DNA of 60,492 nt, filler included, from Dirinaria sp. TL-2023a (lineage: Eukaryota), in NCBI GenBank assembly GCA_051941275.1. It is 5 parts of 5 records of this genome, joined end to end, with 100 filler letters (N's around TTAATTAATTAA, not from the genome) between each part and the next. Parts side by side here need not be neighbours in the genome. Positions count along the whole stretch, not along the records: positions 36,398 to 48,409 come from JAVEBF010000798.1; positions 48,510 to 60,492 come from JAVEBF010000799.1; 3 more parts are not named here. The stretch is one strand, 5' to 3'. The notes under the pieces are model-generated. The model was not told the origin of the DNA, made no database searches, and saw only the letters and a program-made list of their open reading frames with translations. Made by a program: the position numbers and the translations under genes. Of the stretch, positions 47,629-60,492 are shown one piece after another; position 1 is the stretch's first letter, and every line of letters starts with the position of its first letter.

Positions 47629-48409
47629 TAAAAAGCTTTGGATGGAGGGATCATGTACGCGTGTATGGTTTTCGCGTGCTCTTCCATTGCTTTTGTTTAA
47701 GGGTCCACTGTGGCCCTGTCTGGTCTTTTTGGAGCTGTTTTCTGGCTATGCGACTGCTCAGGAAGGATACGGGATTTGTGGCGTGGTCACGTTGAAGATT
47801 AGGACTTCATCTCATCGCTGCTCACAGCAGAGAATCCAAGGCTCAACGCCAATCCCCAAGTTTACTGGGATATCTCAACCGAGAACATGGACAGGAGGAC
47901 TGAATACCATCATATCTAGGGAACCCACATATTAATTGAACATCTGTTCGGAATCAATGCGGTTCGATTGCGTAATACTGACTCATAAGCCATCTTGAGT
48001 ACACAATAGCGTAGGCAAAATTGTCAGCTCTATGCAGACAAGCTGCACCAAAATGACTCCCATCGGCGGCAGCGTTCCACCCCTCCAAATGCCCACTCAT
48101 GCTATTGCACTTCCAATCTCCAAAAGCACAACTCAAGAAGTAAAGACCCATATCCTGCACAACAAGCCTAGTACTTCCATTTTCCACACGTAGTCAGACC
48201 TCCATCAACAATTAAAGCCCCATTCCCACATCCGATCCTATTCCCCCCAAAAAATTAAACATGTACAAAAATCGTGCGGATGGTTAGCACACGCTTATTT
48301 AGTCCTAGCACCCAATATATATATCCATATGTAATTTTTTTTTCCTCACCGTCTCCTGTTCATTTTTATATAATGCGAGCTTTGATCAGGTCTCGGGGTG
48401 CGGTTGTAG

Positions 48410-48509
48410 NNNNNNNNNNNNNNNNNNNNNNNNNNNNNNNNNNNNNNNNNNNNTTAATTAATTAANNNNNNNNNNNNNNNNNNNNNNNNNNNNNNNNNNN
48501 NNNNNNNNN
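48410..48509. other. Artificial contig-joining spacer
   Basis: 44 N + TTAATTAATTAA + 44 N. Confidence 0.98.
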
Positions 48510-49370
48510 GTTTGGGGGTGGGAGGAGGATGGAGGGCGTTGTTTTTTGCCTTTTATGGGGTGGTGGTGACATGGTTGTTGGTCGGTTAGAGGGGTTTTCA
48601 GATTGGAATAGGGAGTGGTTGAGATTGGGGGGAGGGAGGTGGGGAGTGGGCTTATATACTTGCTGATATTACATGTGCCTCAATGTGCGTGATAAGAGAA
48701 TTCAACAAGGACGAGATTTTCGGTCCCAATGAGCAATTTTTGGATGTGTTATGACCCGTACCCGAAGTGCACTAGGGTATCGTACCTTAAGTACGCGTTT
48801 ACCAGGGCGGTGCTTGGAGCAATGAAAGGTGCATGACTCATTCAACAAGAGATATTCACAAACCTTTGAGTGATGAATTCGAGTCCTGTTGTAGCTTGCG
48901 CAAGTTGTCAAACCTCTAAACGGAGTCATAAGAATAGAAAATGGAATACGTCCGCACCTTCAACTCAGCTGGAGGAGAATGTTTTATCGGTTGAGGAGAT
49001 CTTGATGGAGATTCTAAGGGAATATTTCTTGCAGGTCTGTCTCAAGCAAGTACTCTCGTATCCGCAACTGAATCCTTGAAGAATATTCCTGTTATTGAAG
49101 CACGTAGGTTGTATGGTCGAGCGAATAGCCCGTTAGCCGGACAAGCCTTGGCTGCTGCCGCTGGGAAAAAGAACCGCAAATAAAACAGCAAATGAGGACT
49201 GTGCCCAAATCTCTAGATCCTCTTCAAGACGGAACTTGCACACAGCTAAAAGTCTGTCAGAACTAGCCAACATCGGTGGATTTGGGTTTGTGCCTACCAT
49301 GCAAGATATGAGGTTTATCGAAGTTTCGTGCAGCAATAATGGTTTCCCAGGCTGGCTCGCAGTCAACCCT

Positions 49371-49797
49371 TCATCCGAAAGCCTTGCCGATACCATCCCC
49401 GAATTCTTTCGCTGCCTCATCTCCTAACCCGCCCGAGATCTCGTTAAGCTGCTCATTTGACATTACGGGGTTCTTCTTCAATCTCTCCTTCCTGATTACC
49501 AATAACCCAGTTAGCGCTGCGCTCCCAGCTCCTTGATGTATGATTCAAACTTTCCAGGAAACAAATATTTCTCGACAAGAGAAAATAGGAAGAGTCTGAG
49601 ACGTACAAGAACCCTTCGGCCTTTGTCTCCCCTGCCTTTTCAAGCGCTTTCTCCTCCGCCTTTGCTTCGGCTTTGAAGTATTTCTCCGCTATCCATTGGA
49701 TAACGTCGTCGGCTTGACCGGTGAAATAAAAGTAGCCAGCGACGATGAGCGTCGCAAGGATGGAGGTGGTTACAAAGAGGGTTGCTGTGGAAGGCAT
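49371..49797 (-). CDS. Small hypothetical protein with an N-terminal TM/signal anchor, ~105 aa
   Basis: Exon 1 MPSTATLFVTTSILATLIVAGYFYF...KAEGF is spliced (GTACGT...CTAAC...CAG) to LKERLKKNPV...GDGIGKAFG*. Confidence 0.75.
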
Positions 49798-50645
49798 TTT
49801 TGTCTATTCAAGGTTCTTCTGGAGACAGTGGACAGTCTCGGAGTGAAAGAAGAATGGTAGAAGAAGGCAGAGATTGTAGATAAGAGGGGCAATTGTAGGT
49901 GAAGGAAAGCAGTTCACTTTCCAAGTTACTTCATCTTGATCCTGATCCTGATCTGGAGCTTTCAGGAACAGGGTTTTAGAAAAGCGGGATGATGCGCATT
50001 GCAGGGAATGTGATTGGCCTGAGGGGATTCTATCTGAACTTCAGTCTGTCCCCCGCCCCTTTCACATGCTGTCAGCAAGAGCATGAGAGAAGTGCAGTAA
50101 GTTATCACAAGGGACGGTAGGTAAGAAGGTGCCGAATCGTAAGGGAGAAAATGGTCAATGGATGCAAGCTCCGGAGGAAACAAAGAGAAAAGCTACTCGT
50201 GTTACGTAGGCCCATTGACACGTAGGATCCCACCGAATATACATTTTGGCGAGGCAACTGACTCCTTATAACGCAGTATGTTAGTTTGGTTCATTCATAA
50301 TCGCAATCCGGAGGTATGCAGCAGCTCTGTAATATTTCCACTCAAATACAGTCTGAGGCATGATGTTCTTAAATGGCCTGGTCCGAGGTCAGTTGCAAAT
50401 TCTCCACATGCAGAATTGGTGCTCAGTAGAGCAATGACTTGGTCAGGGACACTCTAATATCGGTCATTGCGAATTGGAGTATTGAAGATTAGTAGTATCG
50501 AAGTCTTCTCAGAATCTTCGCAGGATAAATCCCGGCTTGCCAAGAGCTCTGCGGCGCTTATGTAATCAATCCCAAGCTCGAGCTCTACATAGAGTAAAGT
50601 AGCGTCCAAGTCTTGGTTATTCTCAACCCAAGGCCCTCGACAACG

Positions 50646-51468
50646 ATGAAATCTCGAATACGGTGCCTAGTTGGGCATACCACGCCTCTAGGACCTTCAG
50701 TCCTCTTCCTCTCATTCCCCATTTCTCAACCCTCACTGCATCTCGCAAGACCAACGAACCCTCAACCAGATCTCGCCCTCCACCCATTTCCTCCCAAAAC
50801 CCGCCTATTCTCCACGAGCTCGATCCGCCCAAACTGGCTGGCCCCAAAACGCGGGCACAGCGACAGCAACAACAAAGGCAAGCCTCACGTCGCCACGGGG
50901 GGTTCCACGCGGGGCACAACGGTGGTATGGGGCGACTGGGGCCTGCGGATGCGGGACCACGACCGGCGCATCTCGGCCAAGCAGCTGCAGATCGGGTTCG
51001 AGACGATCCGGAGACGGTTGCGCGGGGAGCGCTTCCGGCTGTACACGCGGGTGTGTGCGAATATCGGGGTGTACACGACGGGGAACGAGATGCGGATGGG
51101 GAAAGGGAAGGGCTCGTTTGATCATTGGGCCACGCGGGTCGGGGTCAATCGCATGATATTCGAGTTGAAGGGGGATCTGCATGAGGAGATTGTGAGGGAT
51201 GCGTTTCGGTTGGCGGGGAATAAGTTGCCTGGTGAGTGATTCTTTTTTTTTTGGGGGGAGGGTGGTTATGGTGAGTAGGAAGAAAGGCTGATTGTGTGTG
51301 TCATCAGGGCTATATGAGTTCGTAAGGAAAGGCGATCCGCCGATCATGGGGCTGACGAAGCTGGAAAACGGTGTTACGAGAGAGTCTCTCATGAGGCCGA
51401 GAAGGCAGATGCCACCGCCGTCGGTGACAGTTTCAGCGGGAAGGATACCGGCTACTAGTCCCCCATAA
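50646..51468 (+). CDS. MRPL16: Mitochondrial ribosomal protein uL16m
   Basis: Motifs TGGSTRGTTVVWGDWGLRM, RMGKGKGSFDHW and AFRLAGNKLPG, then intron 51232-51307 and LYEFVRKGDPP. Confidence 0.93.
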
Positions 51469-51545
51469 CATGCAGAACATAACCTCGCCACATTTTCTCG
51501 AATCTCCTGAGCATTGGATGTCATAAGTCAAGTTTTTTCGGTCGT

Positions 51546-52094
51546 CTATGCACCAACACCGGATCCCGGTCCATAGCCTTGCTCCCTCCTACTCTCTGCG
51601 GTTTCTGGCTCGCCACCGCTACTCGTCTGGTTCTCCGTCCCGCCATACCCAGTATCTACGGAGGCGTCGTCAGCGTCTCTAATCATGCCAAGCAAGCCTC
51701 CTATTAAGAAATTGTACCTTGGTTGGCTTCACCCTGTCCCTCGGTCGTCGTGCCCCCCATACCTCCCTCTGAGATGCCTTGGCCGTATCTGACATTCTCA
51801 GCCGTGCGTGCGCCTTTCTCTGCCTTTTCTTGGTCCTGCTGGGAATCTACTGCGTCTGCCTGGGTCTCTGCTTCTGCATGGCAAATTTTAGTCAATTGTA
51901 GGATGGACGTGGCTAAATTGCCGCCTGACCGCCTGTTTGTCCACTTTGCTTTGAGTGAGGCTTCGTTACTGTATTGATGGATTCGTATCTAGGATATTCC
52001 TTCAGCTGGGATGCGCTGCGCTGAACAATTGAGATTCCGTCTCTTACTGTGGTGTTTCGCCGCCTGGGGCAGTATCCATGAGACCAGAAGACAT
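51546..52094 (-). CDS. Small Gly-rich hydrophilic hypothetical protein
   Basis: Spliced reading ...AENVRYGQGISEGGMGGTT...SRREQGYGPGSGVGA* with GT-AG introns. The 5' exon structure is uncertain. Confidence 0.6.
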
Positions 52095-52359
52095 GTTCGC
52101 GTTTTACTGCGATTCCGAATCGTTCATACTACTTTAAAGAGTAATATGCAAGCAGCAAGACACGAATATATGGTTTGCGCTTGAGTTGTTGATACTTGAG
52201 TGCTCTGAAATAAGCTAAATATGACGTAGGTTGGCGTGTTGAGCAAGGGTTCGCCGAAGGAATCCCAACCCATTAAACCCTCTTCGCTTGCTGCAACCCT
52301 GCGACGCCAGGAACACCTTTCCTGCGCCTTGTGACATTCATGCATCATCACCACCCCGG

Positions 52360-53676
52360 TCAGAAATCCATTCCCATGAGATAGCTAATTTTCCGTCAAT
52401 ACCGAAATTTCAATGGCAACATTGTGACGACTTACCTTTCCAATATTCTCATGAATTTGGCCACGAAGGCCTCGAGGTGGAAGATGTGTTTCTAAGACTC
52501 TAAGCAACAGATAGCGAAATCGATCCACACAAGACTTACGCTACCCATCTTGATTCGATGCTCATAAAACGCAGACCATTTGATTACGTCGCCCTTCAGT
52601 GCGTCGTCAATCTTCGGTATGAGCTTGAAGGTCAGGGTCTAGAATTATTTAGCAGGCTGCAAATCATGAGTTCAGTGCGTCTTCCTATTACCTTGAGGAT
52701 GGTTGTGGGCGGTATGCAATGGCTGAGCAAGTCGTATAGCTTAGCGCGGATCTGTAGTATCCGCGCAGGTGTATGCTCCGCCATGATTTCATCGGCTACT
52801 TGCGCGATAAGAGCTTCCCAGTCCGGAGGTGGTATTGGTGTCTTGTCGGTGACTTTCTCACTGTAGACACTATGTGAGCAATATTGACGCTATTGAAGAA
52901 CAGCTTTTCGCTATACTTTTGAGCGTGGACAGCCTCGAACATGAGCAAAGCCCGTCGTAGATTCCTTCCACTATCCTTTGCGATGCGCCTATTGAGGCCC
53001 TCTGCCTCTGCCCATCCTTCGGTTACCCCCACCTTCTTTAGTACCCTGCAGATATCATCGTCTGTCGGGGCTGCAACTCGTACGAGTAAAGTTCTAGATC
53101 GTATCGGCGCAATGATATTCGCCGTGCTGTTTGCCAGCAGAATTAGCCTGAGATTGGGGCTGTATTTCTCCATGGTCCTTCTCAGCGCCGCCTGCGCATC
53201 TCGAGTGAGGTGGTCCGCCTCATTGATGACCACAACCTTGAAGCGCTGACGTGCCGATTGGTCTACTTGCTGAGTTTGCGCAACTTCCTTCAGAAGATCC
53301 TGCACCACTACTCGATCAAAGTGACCGACATCTGAAGGCGTAATTTCGAGGTGATACACAGATGCGACAATGTTGAATTCAAGCTTGCGGTTGGACGTGG
53401 TCTGAAATATCCGGGAATCGATCTTGATCTTTTCCACACCGGGGCCGTAAAGCTCTCTCAAAGTGGCAACTATTCTCGTCTTTTTCCCTGCGCCAGATGG
53501 ACCATAGACTAGAAGGTGAGGGAAATCACCACTTTGTGCCTGCAGCAAAGCATTAGCAAGGAATGCAAGCCTGAGGTGCTGCCACTCACGAGACTCCTCA
53601 GTCTGTCTGAAAGGTCTTCGTGGTAAGTGAGAGTTTCCAGAGACCGAGGTCGGTATTTGTCAACCAGCAGGGCCAT
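52360..53676 (-). CDS. RFC5: Replication factor C subunit 5 (yeast nomenclature)
   Basis: Motifs MALLVDKYRP, PHLLVYGPSGAGKKTR, VVINEAD, AQAALRRTMEKY, PIRSR and FHLEAFVAKFM. Multiple introns. Confidence 0.95.
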
Positions 53677-53767
53677 GCCGTATCAATATGATTCAATTGG
53701 AGCGCTGCGCCTTGAAGACTCGAGCATAAATATACAGGTACGGAGCGGACTTATTGAAATACTTTGA

Positions 53768-53784
53768 ACGCGTAAAGGGCGCGT
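53768..53784. promoter_or_regulatory. MluI cell-cycle box (MCB) elements upstream of RFC5
   Basis: ACGCGT at 53768-53773 and GCGCGT at 53779-53784, ~90-110 bp upstream of the RFC5 ATG. MCBs are typical of G1/S replication genes. Confidence 0.6.
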
Positions 53785-54306
53785 CATACGGGTAATCTTC
53801 GGTAGTAGATTAAGGGCGGAGACAGTAGAGATACTTTGAACATAGGTAGAACCTGGAGTACATGTACATAATTCGTGAAATAAATTGACACATTGAGATT
53901 TTTAGATATACAAGTATTTTTTGGAAGATCGGAACGCTACACTGTAGGGCCTACAGTGCTCGCCAATGGTGGCCAGCTCCTTAATTCCCTTATATCTTCG
54001 ACCGGATTGTCAAGCCTTGACACAACCAGTTCCTGAAGAGTTCTCTTCTTGGGATCAGCGGCTCCACGCTGGAATTCAACCCTACTATAGTCTCTGTGCT
54101 CGACCGAAGGACCTAGCAGCAGGAGCTCTTCTTCACGGATGTTCGTATATCTCCTCGTGGTAACGGTTTGAGTGCTCTGAGACTAGTTGTTGAGGGGTTG
54201 AAACCGGACCCCTCCTAGTAGTCTGAGGCTCATCGAAAGGCACATTTCCTTCGAGTGGTGCGGCTGCTAAACTTGCTTCATCTTAGCTTTGCTGACCAGA
54301 TTTCAC

Positions 54307-55257
54307 TCATCCCATACTCAAAGGCATTGGCGTCAAATGGCCGTTCTTGTCATAGCGTGCTTCTGAAGCAGAACTTAGTTAGCCTTAGATCTCGAAGGGC
54401 ACCACTACAGACGAGCAGCATTGGTAATAACTTACTGAAGAACGTATACGACAATGTAATGGTATCGATCTTGTTCATTGTCGGATCTTTACAGAAGTCC
54501 GGATCAATGAAGAAGAACACTGGCATATCAACAGTCTCGCCGGCATTGAGCCGCTGTTCCTCGAAGCAGAAACATTGGATCTTGCTGAAGTAAGGTGCAA
54601 CCTGAGCCGGTGTAACACTGTAAGTGGCGACTCCAATGATATCTTCTTCACTCTTGTTTGTGGCTGTGTAGAACGCCAGCGCTGTCTCGCCGGGCAGTAC
54701 ACGGACTTCACGTTGCTGTGGGATGAATTTCCAGGGCATGATGTCTGATACTGATCCATTGAAGGTGATGCGTAGCCTCCGAGAGGATTCAACGGGCTTG
54801 AGACGGTCGGCAGGATCTTCGGCACTCGAGTGGATAGAGGCTTTGATCGGCTGGCCACCCCAGCCAGTTTGTTGGCATATCTGGTATCGACGGTAAGCAT
54901 TGAGCAGTATACAAGTCTCTTTTTGGCATACCATCTTATACATAGGCACAGATCCGTACGAAAGCGCAACGGTGCCAAGGATCACACTCATAGTATAGTA
55001 GCTAAAGCTCATCAGCAACCGGGGAATCGTGGATGACGGTCATCTTACAGCATTGACAAGTTCTTCTGGCCAAAGGGTTGACGCAACTGCTGCATGGTAG
55101 GGGCAATGTTCTGTCTCGCTCTTTTGGAACTTGAGATCTGCCTCTTGGGGCATACTGAGGGATGAATCGCGATACCAAATCTCCATTTCATGTAGATAAA
55201 AGCATCTCTATTAATAGGAATTGATGAGCTCCTGAGCCATATTCTCGGTAGGGGCAT
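54307..55257 (-). CDS. COX11: Cytochrome c oxidase copper chaperone
   Basis: Motifs LSYGSVPMYK, CQQTGWGG, PGETALAFY, YFSKIQCFCFEEQ and ITLSYTFF. Three introns. Confidence 0.95.
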
Positions 55258-57012
55258 GATCTATGCCCGGCCAAGAGATACAAATAGCGGATCATGCATA
55301 TCAATCTATGAACATTTTATGTAGATCGGGCACTAGCGATGATGATGCTTACCTTACCTCATGCAACGCCTCAGCATTAAGAGACCGAAGATTATCCGGC
55401 GGAGATTAGGTTCGCCTCGGTTGCCTCGTTGCGTTAAGGTAGGGTTAATCCCTACCCTACCTTACCTTACCTTAACTTCCCCTAAAGTACCTTACTTTAC
55501 CTACAATATGAGATCCTCGACCAGTTGATCAGCTTTACTTTGGTCTAATGTAATCTATTTCAGTAATATGTCAGGCGCCCTCTACTCCGCCACTAGCACT
55601 TCCGAGTATATGAATCGACTATCAGAGACGCCTTGTCTCGTGCATCGCCAATATCATTCCAGAGCGTCTCATGGCCGCATAGCTAGTCTTGATAGGACGG
55701 GCTCCGAGTGCCTAATGACGTAATCAATCAATCAATCATTCAAGAGCGTCAATGGCATCGACAATCCTTCACCATATCACATGTGTCTGAAGAACGCATT
55801 TTTCTTCGATCGCACCACTGACTTCATCATTGGCAGACGACCAGCGCTTGCCTTGCCAACTGAGTATAGACAGATGCCTCCAATCCATAATGCCGGTATC
55901 ACCTTTGAATTCCGTCGATATCAGGGATTTTTCCGTCCCAGCAACACCCAGGCTGCGCCAGTCCGCTTCCTCACACGCTTGATCAAACGTGACAAGCGTC
56001 GCTGAGCCGCTTAGGGAATATGGTCCAACACCATGCAGGAAGATCTAGAGAGGTATCTCGAAGTCAACCTCCTCTTCCCTAGAAAAGTTACTGAGATCCT
56101 TTGGCTGTCTGCTAATCGGCCTGTTCCAGTCCTGGTAATGTGTTGATCTGAGCGTCTCCTACTCCAAATGTTTCTTTTCTTCCGTCTATCATAGTAGCTA
56201 GTCGTCCGTTTTGTGGCTCCTGGGCGACAAATTCTCCCGAATCCAATTCAGAGTTTCCCACAAAGCCCCACGAAAATTTGAGCCGGGTAAAATCTCTTAA
56301 TCCTACGAACGAGATCATATATTTTCTCAGTCAGCGAGGGTAAGGCTATGATGACCGAGCTAGACATGTTGACAAGAATGCGACTGAACAAACAGCGCCG
56401 CGTCATATTCTGTGGCTATGAGTACACCATTCTAGGTCTGCCCCAAATCCATGTTGTGGAGTTGGAATATATGCGAAGGCTTGGGAGGATGCTACCAAAT
56501 TGGCTTGTTCTAAAGCGTAGGTTGTGTCCTCATGTACCGCTATCCTCATTCTAGTCTGTTCACAGGAAGAGGCAAGCAAGATTGAATGTTAACTAAACGA
56601 CTTCTTGCTTAGATGGTTTATTCTGCGAACGCCCATAAGCCGATCTTCAATGACTCTGTTTCCTGATGGCCTTGCGGATCCAAATTTTTTTACCTCAATT
56701 CCCCAGAGCGCATTCCCTCTCAAGCTGTTGGCTACTTCTTGTTTTCAAACTATCCTCGTATCTCATAAAAGCTGCATCTGACGTCCTCGAGACTGGATCT
56801 GATATGCGTCCAGCACCTTGGCCATTACAATTTCTCATTTCTTCTCGCTCTCGATATTCTTCCATTTTCATTTGTTTCTTCTCCCCATTTTCATCCTTTA
56901 TTTTCAAGTTTTTGGTTGACACGTTTCTGTCGCTGGCCACATTGCGCGAGCCATATCAATTTCCTTTCACAACAATTTCCTTGCTAATTTCATCTACTTT
57001 CAACTAACCCCT

Positions 57013-57737
57013 TTGTGGACCACTTCTGTTAAAAATGAACGAGCAGCTCAGTTAACGAGCAGGTCTCGTGATGCTGGCCAGTTGGCCTTCATCGTCCTGC
57101 TGAGCATTTTGAGCACATGTTGTGCCAACCATGAGCAACAGTGTGAGTCCGTACCAGTTCGAGCAACTAAAATGAAGACAGGTACTAATGCCTATGCTAG
57201 TAATGGCACTGCTCATTATGCTACGCCTTCCGGCCCAGCGCTGTCAGGTGATATGGGGAACTGGAGTGACTCATCGAATTACACATGTAAGGAAAACAGT
57301 CTAAACATGAAAGACACTAAGTCTCGGCTGGACACGTGCCTTATGCTGCCCGATATTATTTGTAATCAGTAGGTCCACGACGGTCAACCGCATACCAGGT
57401 AAGCCTAAAGGCCGTGGTATGCTCCAGCGATACACCATCAGATACTTGGAGTCCGAGCAATTTTGCAACAGATCTGACCAAGGGCAATTTCACTATGAAT
57501 CATAATGCCAGCTTCAATGATACGGACTCAGGAACCTGTGGCTCGAATGCTTTCGGCAACAAGGACCAGGCTCTCTTGAACCAGACATTTCCAGCCTCGA
57601 AACTCACAGGATCGTTGAAAGACAACTCGAGTTCAGCCTCAGGTTCTCACTCAGGAGCGGAAAACCTTGCCAAGCGTACCTATGGTAATGTGCTTTCGGA
57701 CTTTGGAGGAGTGCGGTTGGTACGTAATCCTACTTAG
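57013..57737 (+). pseudogene. Possible decayed gene for a secreted, N-glycosylated protein
   Basis: Hydrophobic stretch QLAFIVLLSILSTCCA, many N-x-S/T sequons and a Kex2-like LAKR, but broken by stops and a frame change with no convincing ATG. Confidence 0.3.
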
Positions 57738-58076
57738 GTGCACCATTATGTAGAAAGGGGCCATTCCAAGGCACAGTCCTGGGGGCAACGTTAGGCAAAC
57801 AGTCTTTCTTATCCACACGAGTCAGCTTTCATGAGTACACAAAGGTTCTGCGGCTGCACGGCTATACTGATATGGAACCCTATCGGCGGTTTCTCAGGAC
57901 ATGTGCGTGAAGCAGCCGCTGTCGCATCTACGTGGCGGCCATGGTGGATCGATTATCTTAAGACACGAAGGGTGCAATTGACTTAGACCAGGACTTTAGC
58001 CATGAAGCGCCGGCTTTGGGAGAAGAATGAACTTTCCTCTGACACTCCAATGGCAGCATATTCGAGACCCTGAAAA

Positions 58077-58530
58077 CATAGTCCTCGATATTGTTAGCAC
58101 GGTCCGAGTTGAAAAGCTGGGACACACTACTATTTCTATCCTACAGGCCCAGACTACACTGTCAAGCCTCGCTCGAAGGAATCTCGGGTTATATTTGCGG
58201 GCGAGCTAATCCGTTATCGGGTTTCACTTTGGTCTCTGATGGATTAAAAACCTCTCTGCGTAGGATTTGGACCTAAATACACAGTCCTCGATGCTACTAG
58301 CGCGGCTTGGGTTGAAAGGTGGGAAGCAGACACTACACGCACCTGAAGGAACTAATTTGGTACCTTAGGGCTGCGGACAAGCTAACCGTTTTCGGGCTTC
58401 ACTTTGGTTTTTGATGGATTGTAAACAGGTTCTGGGTAGGATTTGGATCGAAAAGCACAGTCCTGGATGCTGTTAGCGCGGTGCGGGTTGAAAAGAAAGG
58501 AGACCCAGACACACCATAGCCTGAGCCACC
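58077..58530 (+). repeat. Degenerate tandem repeat, ~2.4 copies with periods of 203 and 176 bp
   Basis: The anchor AGTCCT(C/G)GAT...TAGC(A/G)CGG...GTTGAAA recurs at ~58080, ~58283 and ~58459. TTCACTTTGGT..TGATGGATT...GTAGGATTTGGA recurs at ~58223 and ~58398. Confidence 0.85.
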
Positions 58531-60492
58531 CATCCCATCAAAACCTACCTAGTCAAATAACGGCCACTCAGCACATGAGCCGCTGTACCAAAAATATCAC
58601 CAGGGACATATGGTACGTGACCGCTATGGCTGGCCGATTCCTATTCCTCTCACCGCGTGAAGGCCGATATAGGATACGTACAGATTTCTTAAACAATACA
58701 CTGAAGCAATCATCATCGCGCCGCACAAGGATCCTAACTACGTATTACATGGCAACCCTTTTCGTACAGCCCATGCCGAACGACAGGTTCCATCCTGCCC
58801 AAGTGGCAGGCTTCCAAAGTTTTTTTAATAAGGGGCATCAGGTACAAAACAATTAACTACTAAACCCGCTCAGTTGGTCCTGGGAGGGACCCGGAGGATG
58901 TTTCTGATTGCCGGAAGATTGTTGCTCAATATCGAAGAGAATGCCAGTTACAGGCGAGAAGGCGAGATCATGCTTTACTATGATGGCAAGCGCTCAAGTC
59001 TGAAGACGCGAACGGGGGCTGGAAAGAATACTTTCTCCGCAAGCCGGTTCTTCCCGTGGAGGCGGACGAGATGGAAGAGGCCGGTAATTGTGGATTGGGC
59101 GTCGAGTGCATCTGACAACAAGGAGACTGAAGGAACTCACACTGGCTCTGCGAGCTACAGCTCACTCCTTTTACGATGCTGTTTCCTAAGGAAGCTCTCT
59201 ATGCATTTGTCAAGCATTGTTCTATCAAAACATTCCACTCCATCAGCAAAAACAATCTATGAACCTCATCTCTAAGGTCCAGAAATAGAACGCAATCTAT
59301 TCATCCACCACCTACCTAATCCTGATTCCTACCATCTCGAATCCAAACTCCCACACAAAAGCAGCAAATAAAAGATCGCAAAAGCTCGAAGATAACCACT
59401 TTTCCACCAACAAATCCCCGCTACTCTATTAGAACTGTGAGATGCAAAAGCAAGCAAAGAATAGCCATATGCGTCTCGTGCCTCGTCTCTTCAAAGAGGA
59501 AGTAAAATCTCACCAGAACACTGGGTCTCTCTTTCGTCTAGTATTGCTACCGTTTAGGTACGTGTAAGATTGCTTTCGAGGGCGGAAGAGGTTGGAGTGA
59601 TTCAGACTTTCAAGTTGGTGGGAAGAGGAAAGGGGATGTTATTACCAATTACCAGACATGGGGATCTTTTATGAACCCCTGACTAGGCTCTGCACTAGGT
59701 AAAAAGCATCTTCTTCTCATTATACCAAAATCTTCTTAAAACCGAAGACACTAACCCCTCCTGCTCATTTTCGCTTGAGTAAAGGAAAATTATGTAATGT
59801 ATACACATTACAGAGAGGCTTTCATATACAATACCCTGAACTAAAGGATTTCAGAGAAACCTGAAGGAAAGATTCGATGCTCTCAATCCTTTAGATATCC
59901 TTGGCGCAGAGAGTAATTTGATCCCTTTTACGAGAACTTGGGCTTTGGTTCTAGCGAGATTTTTGTCATCTGAAAAGGGGTGAAGAATGTGAGTACGAGT
60001 ATAGGTACGTATGTACGTATGCTCGTAATTGGTGGAATACATTAAATTAGGTTAGGGGTGTCTACGTGCTACATATATCTTACTAGACTAGATATATCTG
60101 CTGATGCCGCTTAGCGCGGAGGAGCACAGAGGAAATTGACTTACTAGTTTCGAAGAATATTGATAGTTGGAATTAGTATAGCTGCTACCGGGTGAGAGTT
60201 GAAATTCGACGCACGATATCGTATCATATCTCGTAGTGCGAGAATACTGAGCTCCCCCTTGATTTTGATACGCTGAGGGCGGATGAGAAGCCGAGGTATG
60301 TTCTTTCTTTTTTCTCAAAAAGATAAGAAAAGAGAATATGAGATTTCTAGACAATCTATTTTCGCCCTTTCCAAAGAATTAAAAGAACCTGTCGACATGC
60401 ACTTTAATCAGCCAGCTCCCAAACCTCTTCCCCCATCCTCTCAACAACCCTATGCAACACCTCCCTAATTTCAAAAAAACCAGCTCCTGCCC

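Noticed and set aside
50805..51524. 239-aa minus-strand ORF
   Set aside because: Antisense shadow of MRPL16.
53940..53958. Perfect 9-bp inverted repeat CACTGTAGG-G-CCTACAGTG
   Set aside because: A single short palindrome is plausible by chance in 60 kb and has no supporting context.
55500..56600. Fragmentary ORFs upstream of COX11 resembling a decayed gene
   Set aside because: No family could be recognised, so a pseudogene call is unsupported.
58874..59275. 133-aa ORF near the window end
   Set aside because: Non-ATG start, no motifs and no splice support.

Overview
This is filamentous-ascomycete (Pezizomycotina-type) genomic DNA with short GT-AG introns. It is not contiguous: five ~12 kb contigs are joined by artificial 100-nt spacers (44 N + TTAATTAATTAA + 44 N), so gene neighbourhoods are only meaningful inside a contig. 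Housekeeping genes include YND1, RPA49 (partial), HEM1, a GIG1-like gene, a PPR protein, a DUF866/CZIB gene, taspase-1, TFB4, Clr2, MRPL16, RFC5 and COX11. Accessory content includes a SesA/HeLo-like NB-ARC-TPR NLR with an apparent C-terminal membrane anchor, a PTH11-like receptor, a BTB protein, a coiled-coil orphan, a truncated CYP52-type pseudogene and a degenerate ~190-bp tandem repeat. The best candidate for an undescribed system is a head-to-head gene pair in contig 1. One gene encodes a ~1,380-aa trypsin-fold protease-like protein with a His-Asp-Cys (GDCG) triad and a mosaic C-terminus (kinase-like remnant, C2H2/KLAP1-like zinc fingers, HeLo-like helical domain). Its partner encodes a 363-aa protein of unknown function with a C-terminal membrane segment. 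The layout resembles fungal protease/gasdermin cell-death pairs but uses different families. All family calls are from motif recognition by eye; no database searches were run.
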